Of a stretch of 24,300 bases of DNA, positions 8,669 through 17,520 are shown piece by piece. The notes beneath the pieces were generated by a model, which ran no database searches, was not told the DNA's origin, and was given only the letters and a program-made list of their open reading frames with translations. Made by a program: the position numbers and the translations under genes. The stretch is from IMG/VR virus record IMGVR_UViG_3300037515_000071, positions 1-24,300 of that record; one strand, 5' to 3'. The stretch's first letter is position 1, and every line of letters starts with the position of its first letter. This DNA comes from a virus. Its lineage: Duplodnaviria > Caudoviricetes.

Positions 8669-8692
8669 TTATACATACTCCAATTTGATAAA

Positions 8693-8721
8693 ATGATAAA
8701 CTAATAATTAACATATTGCAA
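8693..8721 (-). promoter_or_regulatory. Sigma70-type promoter for helicase operon
   Basis: TTGCAA (8721-8716), 17-nt spacer, TATCAT (8698-8693), followed by GGAG SD. Confidence 0.6.
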
Positions 8722-8734
8722 GTGGTAAATTAAA
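8698..8734 (-). repeat. 37-bp non-coding tail shared by copies 2 and 3
   Basis: aaactaataattaa(c/a)atattgcaagtg(g/a)taaattaaa; 35/37 identical to 14403-14439. Confidence 0.92.
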
Positions 8735-9730
8735 TTATTTTATTGAGTTTAAAAATTGTTTATATCTATGTAAATATATTACATCTTTTGCTATAACCTT
8801 TTCACCCTCAGAAAATCTTCCTTTAATTACATTTTTGGCATATAAATATGAATATTCTTTATCTGTTGCTATAATTTTTTCTCCTTCAGGAAATCTACCT
8901 TCAATTACATTCATTGCATAATAATATGAATATCTTGCATTTGTTGCTATAATTTTTTCTCCTTCAGGAAATCTGCCTTCAATTACACTTTCTGCATAAT
9001 GATATGAAGTTATTGCATTTGTTGCAAATTCTTTTTCTTTTCTTTTAAAAAATGAATTAACAGTTGGATATTTTTCCATCACCTTTTTAACATTAATTTT
9101 TTTATCTCTTTCATCCATAAATTGCCATGATTCAAAATGAAATTGTAACTTCCTGCCATCATTCGATATAAAAACATATAACGGTCCTTGTTCATTATAT
9201 TCATCAAATGCATTGTCCTTATCACCCGTTGTACACCATTTTGTGCCTTTTCCATAATAACATGCGGCTTCTTTTGTTTTTAATTTCAATATAATTCCGT
9301 CGCTTCCTTTTTTTATAACATCTGCACCTTCTTTCTTTATTTCTGTTTTCTCCTGTTTTTTGGATATTTCAGGTGTTAAATTATCAACCACATCTTCAAG
9401 TTCATGCAATGAATATTCATTTATATCTTTCCTTTCCAATTGATGCTTGTTCTTATGAAATTGCTTTAAGACGGTTTTAACCCGATTGATATCTTCCAAC
9501 CTATAAGATTTATTGATATATTCCCTTGCTAGCCATTGAAGATATTTGTTATTGAAATCAGCAGTTTGTAATATTTTTAATATTCCCATTGAAGATAAAT
9601 CTTTATTTTTATCATATGCAATATTATCTTGTTTATAAACAGATAATAATTTATCATTTAAATGTTGAGAAAGATATGAAATTTTATCCTCTAATAAAAG
9701 ATATGATGGAAGGATTTGATTTAATTTCAT
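8735..9730 (-). CDS. Copy 2 of multicopy YGKGTKWCT-domain protein, 3 C-terminal 26-aa repeats
   Basis: 331 aa, near-identical to copies 1 and 3. Start overlaps the upstream stop (ATGA). Domain is possibly PcfJ-like (WC motif); function unknown. Confidence 0.93.
   Translation of the reverse strand: MKLNQILPSYLLLEDKISYLSQHLNDKLLSVYKQDNIAYDKNKDLSSMGILKILQTADFNNKYLQWLAREYINKSYRLEDINRVKTVLKQFHKNKHQLERKDINEYSLHELEDVVDNLTPEISKKQEKTEIKKEGADVIKKGSDGIILKLKTKEAACYYGKGTKWCTTGDKDNAFDEYNEQGPLYVFISNDGRKLQFHFESWQFMDERDKKINVKKVMEKYPTVNSFFKRKEKEFATNAITSYHYAESVIEGRFPEGEKIIATNARYSYYYAMNVIEGRFPEGEKIIATDKEYSYLYAKNVIKGRFSEGEKVIAKDVIYLHRYKQFLNSIK
8783..9016 (-). repeat. 3 x 78-bp coding tandem repeat
   Basis: Units xxxSYxYAxxVI(E/K)GRF(P/S)EGEK(I/V)IA(T/K)(D/N) at 9016-8939, 8938-8861 and 8860-8783. 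Confidence 0.95.
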
Positions 9731-11403
9731 TTTTTGAACTCTTCATCAATTTCATCAGGTCTAGTAACTGTTGATGTATCAGGATTAAAAAATTCCTGTA
9801 ATCTAGGTTCAATAACAGAATTATAAGCTCTTTTATCAGTTTCTAAATATATCCATGTATTCTTTTCCGTAGAAAATCTATATAACCTTGGAGGTATACC
9901 CTGTCTAATATTACTATAAGTTAATCTATGATAATCACCATTTTTTGGAGATGGAGGGAAATTATCACCTTGCGTAAATGATTCACCATTTGGGGGCATG
10001 GCATCTTGTCCCCATATATTTCCAACTCTATCTTTCCGTTTTAAATTAGCATCTCCATGTTTTTCTTCCCATTCATATAATTCTGGAGAAAATTTTTGAA
10101 CATTTGCAAAATCTTCCCCACGTTCAGGAACTTCTGTATTTGCTTGAGCACTTATAGTGTGGTCAATATCAAATATATCTTGATATTTCTTATTATTAAT
10201 ACCATCATTTGTATCTGCCAACCCAGTTTCATCATAATCTTCCGTTAATTTTCCAAAAATATCTTGAGTTTCCGGAGAAGCAAATGCCGGTTCAGCTATA
10301 ATTCGAACTAATAATGGTATCCATTGTGGAGAATAACCGTTCGGACTCCATGCAACATCTATTATAGTTAAATATTTTAAAACTGGAGTTAATGATACAG
10401 TATATTGAGTTTCACTAGGTAATTGTATTATATCTCCTATAACTAACGGTCTGCCAATAACTCTAATTATATCTGACCAATTAAATTCTATAAAATATTG
10501 TTCACTATTAAAATTATTAGCTAAACCTAATTTACTAATAAATGCTTGGGTATCAAATGGTGTATAAGAACCTTTCAATTTTTCCGGAAATTCTGCATAA
10601 TCTCTATCTCTATTTTCCATTAATAATTTATCTTGAATGTTATTTATTTGTGTTTTTTCATATTCAATTAATTGTAACGCTTGTATGCCCCAATAATCAT
10701 TTTCCCCTCCACCAAACTCTATTGGACGAATTCTCCAATATCTTGATGGAACAGACGCCCTAAAATCAATTGTAACAATACCATCACAATCCTGCACATC
10801 AGAAATACCAACACCATACCATTTTTTTCCATCATGAGAACGTTCTAATCTTATTTTTTTCACTTTATTAATTGTATCACACCCTTGTTTTATTCTTATA
10901 CGACTTATATTATGTTTAATAAAAGTCTCTATTCCATATCGTAATCTATTATTATCTAATTTTATTTCTCCAAAATCATAACCAATATATGAATTTTTAA
11001 CAATATTTTCTCCTAATTGTAATGATCTCCACTCTGTATTAAATAAATCAAAAGCATTTTTCGCTTTAAAATTAGGATGATCACCACCAGAAATAGCAAT
11101 TCCATCACCTGTCAAATCTTGTAATTTGCCTTGTTCATGAATTCCTAATAATTTATATACATTAATATCAGCACCACCAATATTAAGCTGCTCATTTAAA
11201 TAAGAATCAATAATACATGCATCAGAAGAATTTTCTGTTATTTCCCATGGACTTCTGAAGTTATCTACGGGACATAATTGCCCATCACGAATCTCAACAC
11301 ACATACCATCAAAACATGTATTTGAATCTCCATTATTAATAGTATCATCGGTTTGACATTCATCAAATGGAATCTTTTCTATTGTACAAGTATCCTTAGT
11401 CAT
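9727..11403 (-). CDS. Neck / head-closure protein (gp14-like) with inserted discoidin (F5/8 type C)-like domain
   Basis: EQLNIGGADINVYK, IQDKLLMENRDRDY and IGDIIQLP; lies next to the gp13-like gene. Insert has NAFD...W, YIGYDFG, LERSHDGKKW and SRYWRI. Confidence 0.65.
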   Translation of the reverse strand: MTKDTCTIEKIPFDECQTDDTINNGDSNTCFDGMCVEIRDGQLCPVDNFRSPWEITENSSDACIIDSYLNEQLNIGGADINVYKLLGIHEQGKLQDLTGDGIAISGGDHPNFKAKNAFDLFNTEWRSLQLGENIVKNSYIGYDFGEIKLDNNRLRYGIETFIKHNISRIRIKQGCDTINKVKKIRLERSHDGKKWYGVGISDVQDCDGIVTIDFRASVPSRYWRIRPIEFGGGENDYWGIQALQLIEYEKTQINNIQDKLLMENRDRDYAEFPEKLKGSYTPFDTQAFISKLGLANNFNSEQYFIEFNWSDIIRVIGRPLVIGDIIQLPSETQYTVSLTPVLKYLTIIDVAWSPNGYSPQWIPLLVRIIAEPAFASPETQDIFGKLTEDYDETGLADTNDGINNKKYQDIFDIDHTISAQANTEVPERGEDFANVQKFSPELYEWEEKHGDANLKRKDRVGNIWGQDAMPPNGESFTQGDNFPPSPKNGDYHRLTYSNIRQGIPPRLYRFSTEKNTWIYLETDKRAYNSVIEPRLQEFFNPDTSTVTRPDEIDEEFKK

Positions 11404-11404
11404 A

Positions 11405-14323
11405 TTAACCTAATATAAAATGTGCGCCCATTCCAGCTTCTTCTAAATTTTGCATAGAGGCATCTTCTAATTCTAATTTCAATTCAGATATTTCTGATTC
11501 TGCCTGAGTAATTAATTCTTGAGAATTTAATGTAGTACTTCCCTGTGGTCCGGGTAATGTTTGAAATTTACCTCGTATTTGTGAAAGCATCATTTTACTT
11601 TCAGCAAGTGACCACCGTTTAACCCATTCAACAGTTTCTCTATTTGAAAATATTTCTTGTTCTGTGCATTCTATATATGTATCTAATAAGACTCTTTCAG
11701 GACCATATACTGTATGATATAATTTTAACTCCCTAGTATTTTCTACCCAATCAAATGTTATATGATCAGCAAACATTATTTGTAAATCTTCAGTATAGGC
11801 AGAAACTAAATGATAACTTAACATATCAAATGTTCCAGTTCTATACAAATGAACAAGTGCCTGATATCCAAATATATCATATGCCCCTCTGGATACACCA
11901 TTCAAAAATCCTGAACGTAATCTATATATATAATTTATACCAGTAATTTTATTAAATCCAACACATCTATTAGTTAAAATATATCGTTGTTGATTTGGCT
12001 TTAAATCTAAAAAGAAATATGTCCTATGATATCCATAACCAGAATATTTTCTTACCATTATTAATGCAGAATTTATAGCCTCATCTATTTGATCATCAGT
12101 TAATTCAACTTTTTGTGTTGGATGCCCTAATTTTTGACGTATTATTCTATGTAAATTTCTTCTCTCATCAGGACTTCCATCATCACCAATTCCTAACGCA
12201 AGATAACTAGGTCCTTTTTCTAATCTAGATGCTCCATTTACTGGATCATAATATATTACAGTAGTCCCCAATTGTGTGAATAAATTTCCAGCCTCTATAA
12301 CAATTCTTATACTTTGTGTACATCCAACAGCAGAAGTTATAAAACATAAACTATTTCTCTCGGTAGATGTATTTGGATTTATTAAAATAACTTCAGCTAT
12401 TGAATCGCCATCTATCCATGTAATTCCATTCCATATGTATAATTTATCATCAACAGTATTCAAAACTAATAAATTAATTTCAGGATAAAATAATGAATCA
12501 ACTGTATCAATTTCTATCCATGTACTTCCATCCCATTGATATAATAAATTAACAGATGTATTATACCAAAAATCATTAATATTAATAATATATGGATCGG
12601 TAGTTGCAATTATTGGAATAATATCAACCCACCCACCTATACCATTAGATACTTTAAATTCATTATCAGAATTAAGCCATCCAACCCCATCTCCAATAAG
12701 TGTTGGATCAGAAGGATAATCAATATATTCTGCATCTTTAAATTTACAGTCTACAGTAGTTAATAATTGTAATTTTTCAGTATCTGGATTATACCAAGCA
12801 CTATCATTTTCTAATTCTGGTGGATTTGATGGATCAATAGAGGATTGTACAAATGAATTTACTAATATCCACGAACTTGATAATTCATCCCATGTGTATA
12901 ATTCATCTGCTAAAGAATTCCACCACAAATCACAACTTTTTCTATCTGTTGGATCAGATGGAGATAAAATAAAATCTAAATTTATCCACTCAGTATTTGT
13001 GCTATTTCTTCTATAAAATAATTGTTCTGATGGAATATACCAATATTGATTTCCCACGGGAGAATCTAATGTACCAGCCTCATTTCTTTCACTATATTCA
13101 ATATTAACCAAATTTTCCCATATTGAATTTACTAATACTTTCATTTCCAAATTATTTTGATTATACCAATAATCACCAACTCCTATAATATTTGGATCAA
13201 TACTAGAATAAATAACATCATTTTCTTCCCAACCATTTTTATCCAAATCCCAGCCATATAATATGAAATTTGCTATATCATACCAGTAATCATCACAAGA
13301 CATAACAGGAGGTAATAGAGGGCTTGTACTTTGTATATATGTAACTAATTTACACCAATGAGAATTCTCCCATATCCAAGCATTAGTTCCATCAAACCAA
13401 AGAGCATCACAAGTCGGATTAACCGGATCATATGATAATTTTAATAGTGGTACTGTCGCCCATCCACCACTTTCATAAACATATAAAATTTCTCCATCAT
13501 ACCAATATGAACCCAATACTGGAATAGTTAAATCAGCAGAATTTATAATTACATCAATTTCTTCATACTGATCAAAATTCCATTTATATAATTTATTATT
13601 ATCAGAGTCAAAATAATAATGTATGGCATTTAAATCCTTACTTTCTGCATCAGTTATAAGTTTAAATTCTTCATTTACAGCAGTAACTAAATCTCCATAT
13701 GTTAATGCATCCGCACCATCTATTTCTATTTCATATTCTGTTCCATTTATTATAATTTTAAAATTATATTCTGTCCCATCTACTAATCCAGTAATGGTAG
13801 AATTTTCAACAGGATTTAAATCCAATCCAATATCATATCTCGCAGGTGTATCAACAGACGAATTATATTCATCAGGTCCAGTAGGAAGTGAATAAGCATG
13901 AACACCCTCTCTATGATAACGTCCAACATTATCAACAGCATATGCAGAAACATAATATGGAGTCTTTTCTAACACATTTTGTACAAGTAATGTTTTTGTG
14001 ATCTTATCATGATAAAATGCACCAACTACCCTAGAATCATCAATTTTATCACCCGCATGCAATTCCGGATCAAAAGTAGGATCGGCGGAATAATATGTTT
14101 CATTTTTCGGAGATGATTCAATATAATTAGCAGGTTTATCAGATACTAAAATAACAATACCATCATATGCCTGATCTTCAACAGAACATCCAGCAACTGG
14201 AACAGGAATGTTCCATTTAATAATACCAGTACCATCACCATTTCTAACAAATGCTAAATCAATTTGTTGACCTTCTGATTTTATTTGATTTGGTGAATCA
14301 TGGAATCCATCATAAATTCCCAT
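11405..14323 (-). CDS. Neck protein (gp13-like C-terminal domain) with long Trp-rich repetitive N-terminal extension
   Basis: C-terminal IRQKLGHPTQKVELTDDQIDEAI and WVKRWSLAESKMMLSQIRGKFQTLPGPQG. Many P..GDYWY....LY.W....W units. SD AAGGAG. Confidence 0.8.
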   Translation of the reverse strand: MGIYDGFHDSPNQIKSEGQQIDLAFVRNGDGTGIIKWNIPVPVAGCSVEDQAYDGIVILVSDKPANYIESSPKNETYYSADPTFDPELHAGDKIDDSRVVGAFYHDKITKTLLVQNVLEKTPYYVSAYAVDNVGRYHREGVHAYSLPTGPDEYNSSVDTPARYDIGLDLNPVENSTITGLVDGTEYNFKIIINGTEYEIEIDGADALTYGDLVTAVNEEFKLITDAESKDLNAIHYYFDSDNNKLYKWNFDQYEEIDVIINSADLTIPVLGSYWYDGEILYVYESGGWATVPLLKLSYDPVNPTCDALWFDGTNAWIWENSHWCKLVTYIQSTSPLLPPVMSCDDYWYDIANFILYGWDLDKNGWEENDVIYSSIDPNIIGVGDYWYNQNNLEMKVLVNSIWENLVNIEYSERNEAGTLDSPVGNQYWYIPSEQLFYRRNSTNTEWINLDFILSPSDPTDRKSCDLWWNSLADELYTWDELSSSWILVNSFVQSSIDPSNPPELENDSAWYNPDTEKLQLLTTVDCKFKDAEYIDYPSDPTLIGDGVGWLNSDNEFKVSNGIGGWVDIIPIIATTDPYIININDFWYNTSVNLLYQWDGSTWIEIDTVDSLFYPEINLLVLNTVDDKLYIWNGITWIDGDSIAEVILINPNTSTERNSLCFITSAVGCTQSIRIVIEAGNLFTQLGTTVIYYDPVNGASRLEKGPSYLALGIGDDGSPDERRNLHRIIRQKLGHPTQKVELTDDQIDEAINSALIMVRKYSGYGYHRTYFFLDLKPNQQRYILTNRCVGFNKITGINYIYRLRSGFLNGVSRGAYDIFGYQALVHLYRTGTFDMLSYHLVSAYTEDLQIMFADHITFDWVENTRELKLYHTVYGPERVLLDTYIECTEQEIFSNRETVEWVKRWSLAESKMMLSQIRGKFQTLPGPQGSTTLNSQELITQAESEISELKLELEDASMQNLEEAGMGAHFILG

Positions 14324-14348
14324 AAATATAATCTCCTTATACTAAAAG

Positions 14349-14356
14349 TATTTATA
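14349..14356 (-). promoter_or_regulatory. T4-type late promoter TATAAATA
   Basis: Exact match about 26 nt upstream of ATG 14323. Confidence 0.7.
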
Positions 14357-14402
14357 ATATATTGGGGTATTTAATTAATCTTCTAATTTAAATTTAGTGG
14401 TG

Positions 14403-14439
14403 AAACTAATAATTAAAATATTGCAAGTGATAAATTAAA
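14403..14439 (-). repeat. 37-bp non-coding tail shared by copies 2 and 3
   Basis: 35/37 identical to 8698-8734. Retains TTGCAA at 14421-14426 but lacks the -10 hexamer. Confidence 0.92.
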
Positions 14440-15513
14440 TTATTTTATTGAATTTAAAAATTGTTTATATTTTCTTAAATAATATGCATCTGTTGCTATA
14501 ATTTTTTCACCTTCCGGAAATCTGCTTTTAATTACATATATTGCATAATAAACTGAATATTCGGCGTCTGTTGCTATAATTCTTTCACCTTCAGGAAATC
14601 TACCTTCAATTACATTTAATGCATAATAATATGAATAAACTACATCTGTTGCTATAATTTTTTCACCTTCCGGAAATCTACCTTCAATTACATCTCTTGC
14701 ATATTGATATGAATATAATACATCTGCTGCTATAATTTTTTCACCTTCAGGAAATCTACCTTCAATTACATTTACTGCATATTGATATGAATCATATGCA
14801 TTTTTTGTTATATCTTTTTCCTTATCTTTAAAAAATGAATTAACCGTTGGATATTTTTCCATTAATTCCTTAACATTAATTTTTTGATCTTTTTCATCCG
14901 TGAATTGCCATGATTCAAAATGAAATTGAAATTTCCTGCCATCATTCGATATAAAAACATATAATGGACCGTCTTCATTATATTCATCAAATGCATTGTT
15001 CTTATTACCCGCTGTACACCATTTTGTGCCTTTCCCATAATAACATGCCGCTTCTTTTGTTTTTAATTTTAATATAATTCCATCACTTCCTTTCTTTACA
15101 ACATCCGCACCTTCTTTCTTTATCTCTAATTTCTCCTGTCTTTTTGATATTTCAGGTATTAAATTATCTATAATATCTTCCAGTTCATGCAATGAATATT
15201 GATTGATATCTTTTTTTTCTAATTGATGCTTGTTCTTATGAAATTGTTTTAAAGCGGTTTTAACCCGATTGATATCTTCTAATCTATAAGATTTGTTGAT
15301 ATATTCCTTTGCAATCCATTGAAGATATTTGTTATTAAAATCAGCATCTTGTAATTGTTTTAATATTTCTATAGAAGAAACTTCAGGATTTTTATTATAT
15401 GCAATATTATCTTGTTTATAAACGGATAATAATTTATCATTTAAATGTTGAGAAAGATATGAAATTTTGTCTTCTAATAAAAGATATGATGGAAGGATTT
15501 GATTTAATTTCAT
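14440..15513 (-). CDS. Copy 3 of multicopy YGKGTKWCT-domain protein, 4 C-terminal 26-aa repeats
   Basis: 357 aa, exactly one 26-aa unit longer than copy 2. Confidence 0.93.
   Translation of the reverse strand: MKLNQILPSYLLLEDKISYLSQHLNDKLLSVYKQDNIAYNKNPEVSSIEILKQLQDADFNNKYLQWIAKEYINKSYRLEDINRVKTALKQFHKNKHQLEKKDINQYSLHELEDIIDNLIPEISKRQEKLEIKKEGADVVKKGSDGIILKLKTKEAACYYGKGTKWCTAGNKNNAFDEYNEDGPLYVFISNDGRKFQFHFESWQFTDEKDQKINVKELMEKYPTVNSFFKDKEKDITKNAYDSYQYAVNVIEGRFPEGEKIIAADVLYSYQYARDVIEGRFPEGEKIIATDVVYSYYYALNVIEGRFPEGERIIATDAEYSVYYAIYVIKSRFPEGEKIIATDAYYLRKYKQFLNSIK
14488..14799 (-). repeat. 4 x 78-bp coding tandem repeat
   Basis: gctataat recurs at 14495, 14573, 14651 and 14729 (period 78). Confidence 0.95.
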
Positions 15514-15531
15514 AATATTTTGATCTCAATA

Positions 15532-16260
15532 TTATTTTAAAATATTATTAGTTATATATTCATAAAAATTTTCTAATCTGGTATCAAGCTTTCGTTTATA
15601 TTCTTTTTCAAGTCTGGTCATATCTATTTCAATTATACCCACTGCTATTTTTTTGAATTTTTTAAATGTATTTCCAAAATATTCATCTTGTAATTTTTCC
15701 AGACTTCTTACTAATGTTTGTCGTTCTGCTTCATTAGCCGTGGTTTCTAATTTTTTATTTAAATCTTCAGCTATATTTTTATATTCTTTTATTTTATCTT
15801 TCATTCCATTTATAATTGTATTATATAAATTTTCAAAATTTTCATCGGTATTGACTTCTTTGGATGCTTCATATGATGTTATTACTTCATGCGTATCATC
15901 ATAATATTCATCAATAAAAGTTACAATTTCTTTTTTAACAGAATTATATATTTTGGTATTTGAAAGAAAATTATCTATTTCCATTCTATTTGGATAATTA
16001 GAAGTCTTTACAACGATAGTAAACCCATCTTTATTATTGTTTTTTGCTAAATCAATAAATTCTTCCTTTTCCTTAAAAATAGTCATATATAATCTTGAAT
16101 ATTCTGATCTTTTTATTAATATCCCTATATTAAAATCTAATCTATTTTCATTATAATCTACATGAGATTCATCTACATTATTTATGATTTGATGAAGAAC
16201 AATATCTGCTTCATTTGTAATGTTATCAATCTTTTCTATCAAAAATTCTATAAATTGCAT
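15532..16260 (-). CDS. Hypothetical protein, possible internal virion protein
   Basis: ATG 16260 (MQFIEFLIE) with AAGGAG SD preferred over 16296. C-terminal coiled coil. Confidence 0.75.
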   Translation of the reverse strand: MQFIEFLIEKIDNITNEADIVLHQIINNVDESHVDYNENRLDFNIGILIKRSEYSRLYMTIFKEKEEFIDLAKNNNKDGFTIVVKTSNYPNRMEIDNFLSNTKIYNSVKKEIVTFIDEYYDDTHEVITSYEASKEVNTDENFENLYNTIINGMKDKIKEYKNIAEDLNKKLETTANEAERQTLVRSLEKLQDEYFGNTFKKFKKIAVGIIEIDMTRLEKEYKRKLDTRLENFYEYITNNILK

Positions 16261-16300
16261 ATTTGCTCTCCTTAAAAAAATAAAAATTATTATCATTGAT

Positions 16301-16324
16301 TATAAATATATGTAAGTATTTATC
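16301..16324. promoter_or_regulatory. Late promoters at the strand switch
   Basis: TATAAATA on plus (16301-16308) for the tail tube gene; GATAAATA on minus (16324-16317) possibly for the 16260 gene. Confidence 0.55.
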
Positions 16325-16340
16325 TAAAGGAGATTTTATA

Positions 16341-16910
16341 ATGGGATTACTTAGCGATCTTGGTGTGGAAGGAACAGGAATATATCATCCACAACATAAA
16401 AATAAATGGAAAATAAATTTCTTTTGGCTTTTGGGAGATGCAAAACCATTGACATTACAGGCAATATCTGCGGATCGTCCAAAATTAAATTTTGATAAAA
16501 TAACGCTAGATAGATATAATACAAGAGCTTTTATTGCTGGTAAATACACATGGCAAACAATTAATATAACCTTTGAATCTGATCTAGGTGGATTGGTTGT
16601 AGCTGCTATTCAAGGACAATTAGAACGCCAACAAAGAATTATTGGCCCATTTTCTGCCCCAATGTTACCACAGACCGCAGCCGGACAAGATTATAAATTC
16701 GGTTTACATATGATAATGCTTGATGGCGATAGGATTCCATTAGAAATTTGGAAAATTGATGGATGTTATTTTGAAAATGTAGATTGGGGTGATTTAGATT
16801 ATTCTGCAAGTGAAGTTGTAAAGATTGTAACAACTATAAGTTATGATCATGCACGAGAAGAAATCTTTGGCGCTTACAGAGGAGCAAGAGCAAGCGGCGG
16901 AGCCAGTTAA
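16341..16910 (+). CDS. Tail tube protein, T4 gp19-like
   Basis: PQHKNKWKINF, ADRPKLNF, IAGKYTWQTINITFESD, EIWKIDGCYFENVDWGDLDYSASE, ISYD. ATG 16341 with AAGGAG SD. Confidence 0.85.
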   Translation: MGLLSDLGVEGTGIYHPQHKNKWKINFFWLLGDAKPLTLQAISADRPKLNFDKITLDRYNTRAFIAGKYTWQTINITFESDLGGLVVAAIQGQLERQQRIIGPFSAPMLPQTAAGQDYKFGLHMIMLDGDRIPLEIWKIDGCYFENVDWGDLDYSASEVVKIVTTISYDHAREEIFGAYRGARASGGAS

Positions 16911-16932
16911 ATATAAAAATAATATAATTTTT

Positions 16933-16961
16933 AAATGGCTTCCAACGGAAGCCATTTTTTT
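16933..16961 (+). terminator. Intrinsic terminator
   Basis: aaatggcttcc-aac-ggaagccattt followed by a T-run. Confidence 0.85.
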
Positions 16962-16968
16962 ATAAATA
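16961..16968 (+). promoter_or_regulatory. T4-type late promoter TATAAATA
   Basis: Exact match directly after the terminator and 6 nt before ATG 16975. Confidence 0.6.
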
Positions 16969-16974
16969 GATTAT

Positions 16975-17520
16975 ATGATTAATATATTTAAAACATTTAA
17001 TAAGGTGATAAATGTATCACCATTAGAAGATAAATTTACATCTTCAGTAAGAGCGTATACACAATCCAATATAAAACAAGGATCATCTTCATCTGTATTA
17101 ATAGAAAATATTGATGAATCTAATAAAATTACAATTGAAAAATATAAAAAATATTTTTTAAATAATGATAATAATCCATTAATTTATGGATTAAAATTAT
17201 TAGATAGAATGAGTATGATAATATCTAATAAATCATATACTGGAACATTGGAATTATTTGAAAATAAATTAAATGTTCCTCCATCTAAAATGAAAACATT
17301 ACCTTTAGATCAGGCAACAGACGTTGTATTAGATACACTGGAAATGATAATACCTGTAAAATCCGGAGTTCGAAATGGATTTAGTATTGCATTAGCATTT
17401 AATATATTAAGTGGGTCTATAGCAGAAGAAGTAAAAATTGGAAATAAAGTTTTTTCAACATATAATAAAACAACATTTATATTGGGTACACAAACTATTA
17501 AAGAGTGGGTTTATAAATGA
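16975..17520 (+). CDS. Hypothetical protein
   Basis: 181-aa ORF overlapping the next start (ATGA). Start position uncertain. Confidence 0.7.
   Translation: MINIFKTFNKVINVSPLEDKFTSSVRAYTQSNIKQGSSSSVLIENIDESNKITIEKYKKYFLNNDNNPLIYGLKLLDRMSMIISNKSYTGTLELFENKLNVPPSKMKTLPLDQATDVVLDTLEMIIPVKSGVRNGFSIALAFNILSGSIAEEVKIGNKVFSTYNKTTFILGTQTIKEWVYK

Noticed and set aside
8698-9730. Insertion sequence or free-standing homing endonuclease identity for the multicopy gene
   Set aside because: No DDE, HUH, HNH, GIY-YIG or LAGLIDADG motif, terminal inverted repeats or target-site duplication recognised.
8783-14799. Diversity-generating retroelement (TR/VR) explanation for the variable repeats
   Set aside because: No reverse transcriptase or non-coding template lies in the window. 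Many scaffold adenines, including synonymous ones (TCA, GTA, ATA), are invariant, so variation is codon-position-specific rather than adenine-specific. A remote RT cannot be excluded.
14488-14799. CRISPR-like repeat/spacer appearance of the 78-bp units
   Set aside because: Units are in-frame coding repeats, the variable parts are homologous to each other, and no cas genes are present.
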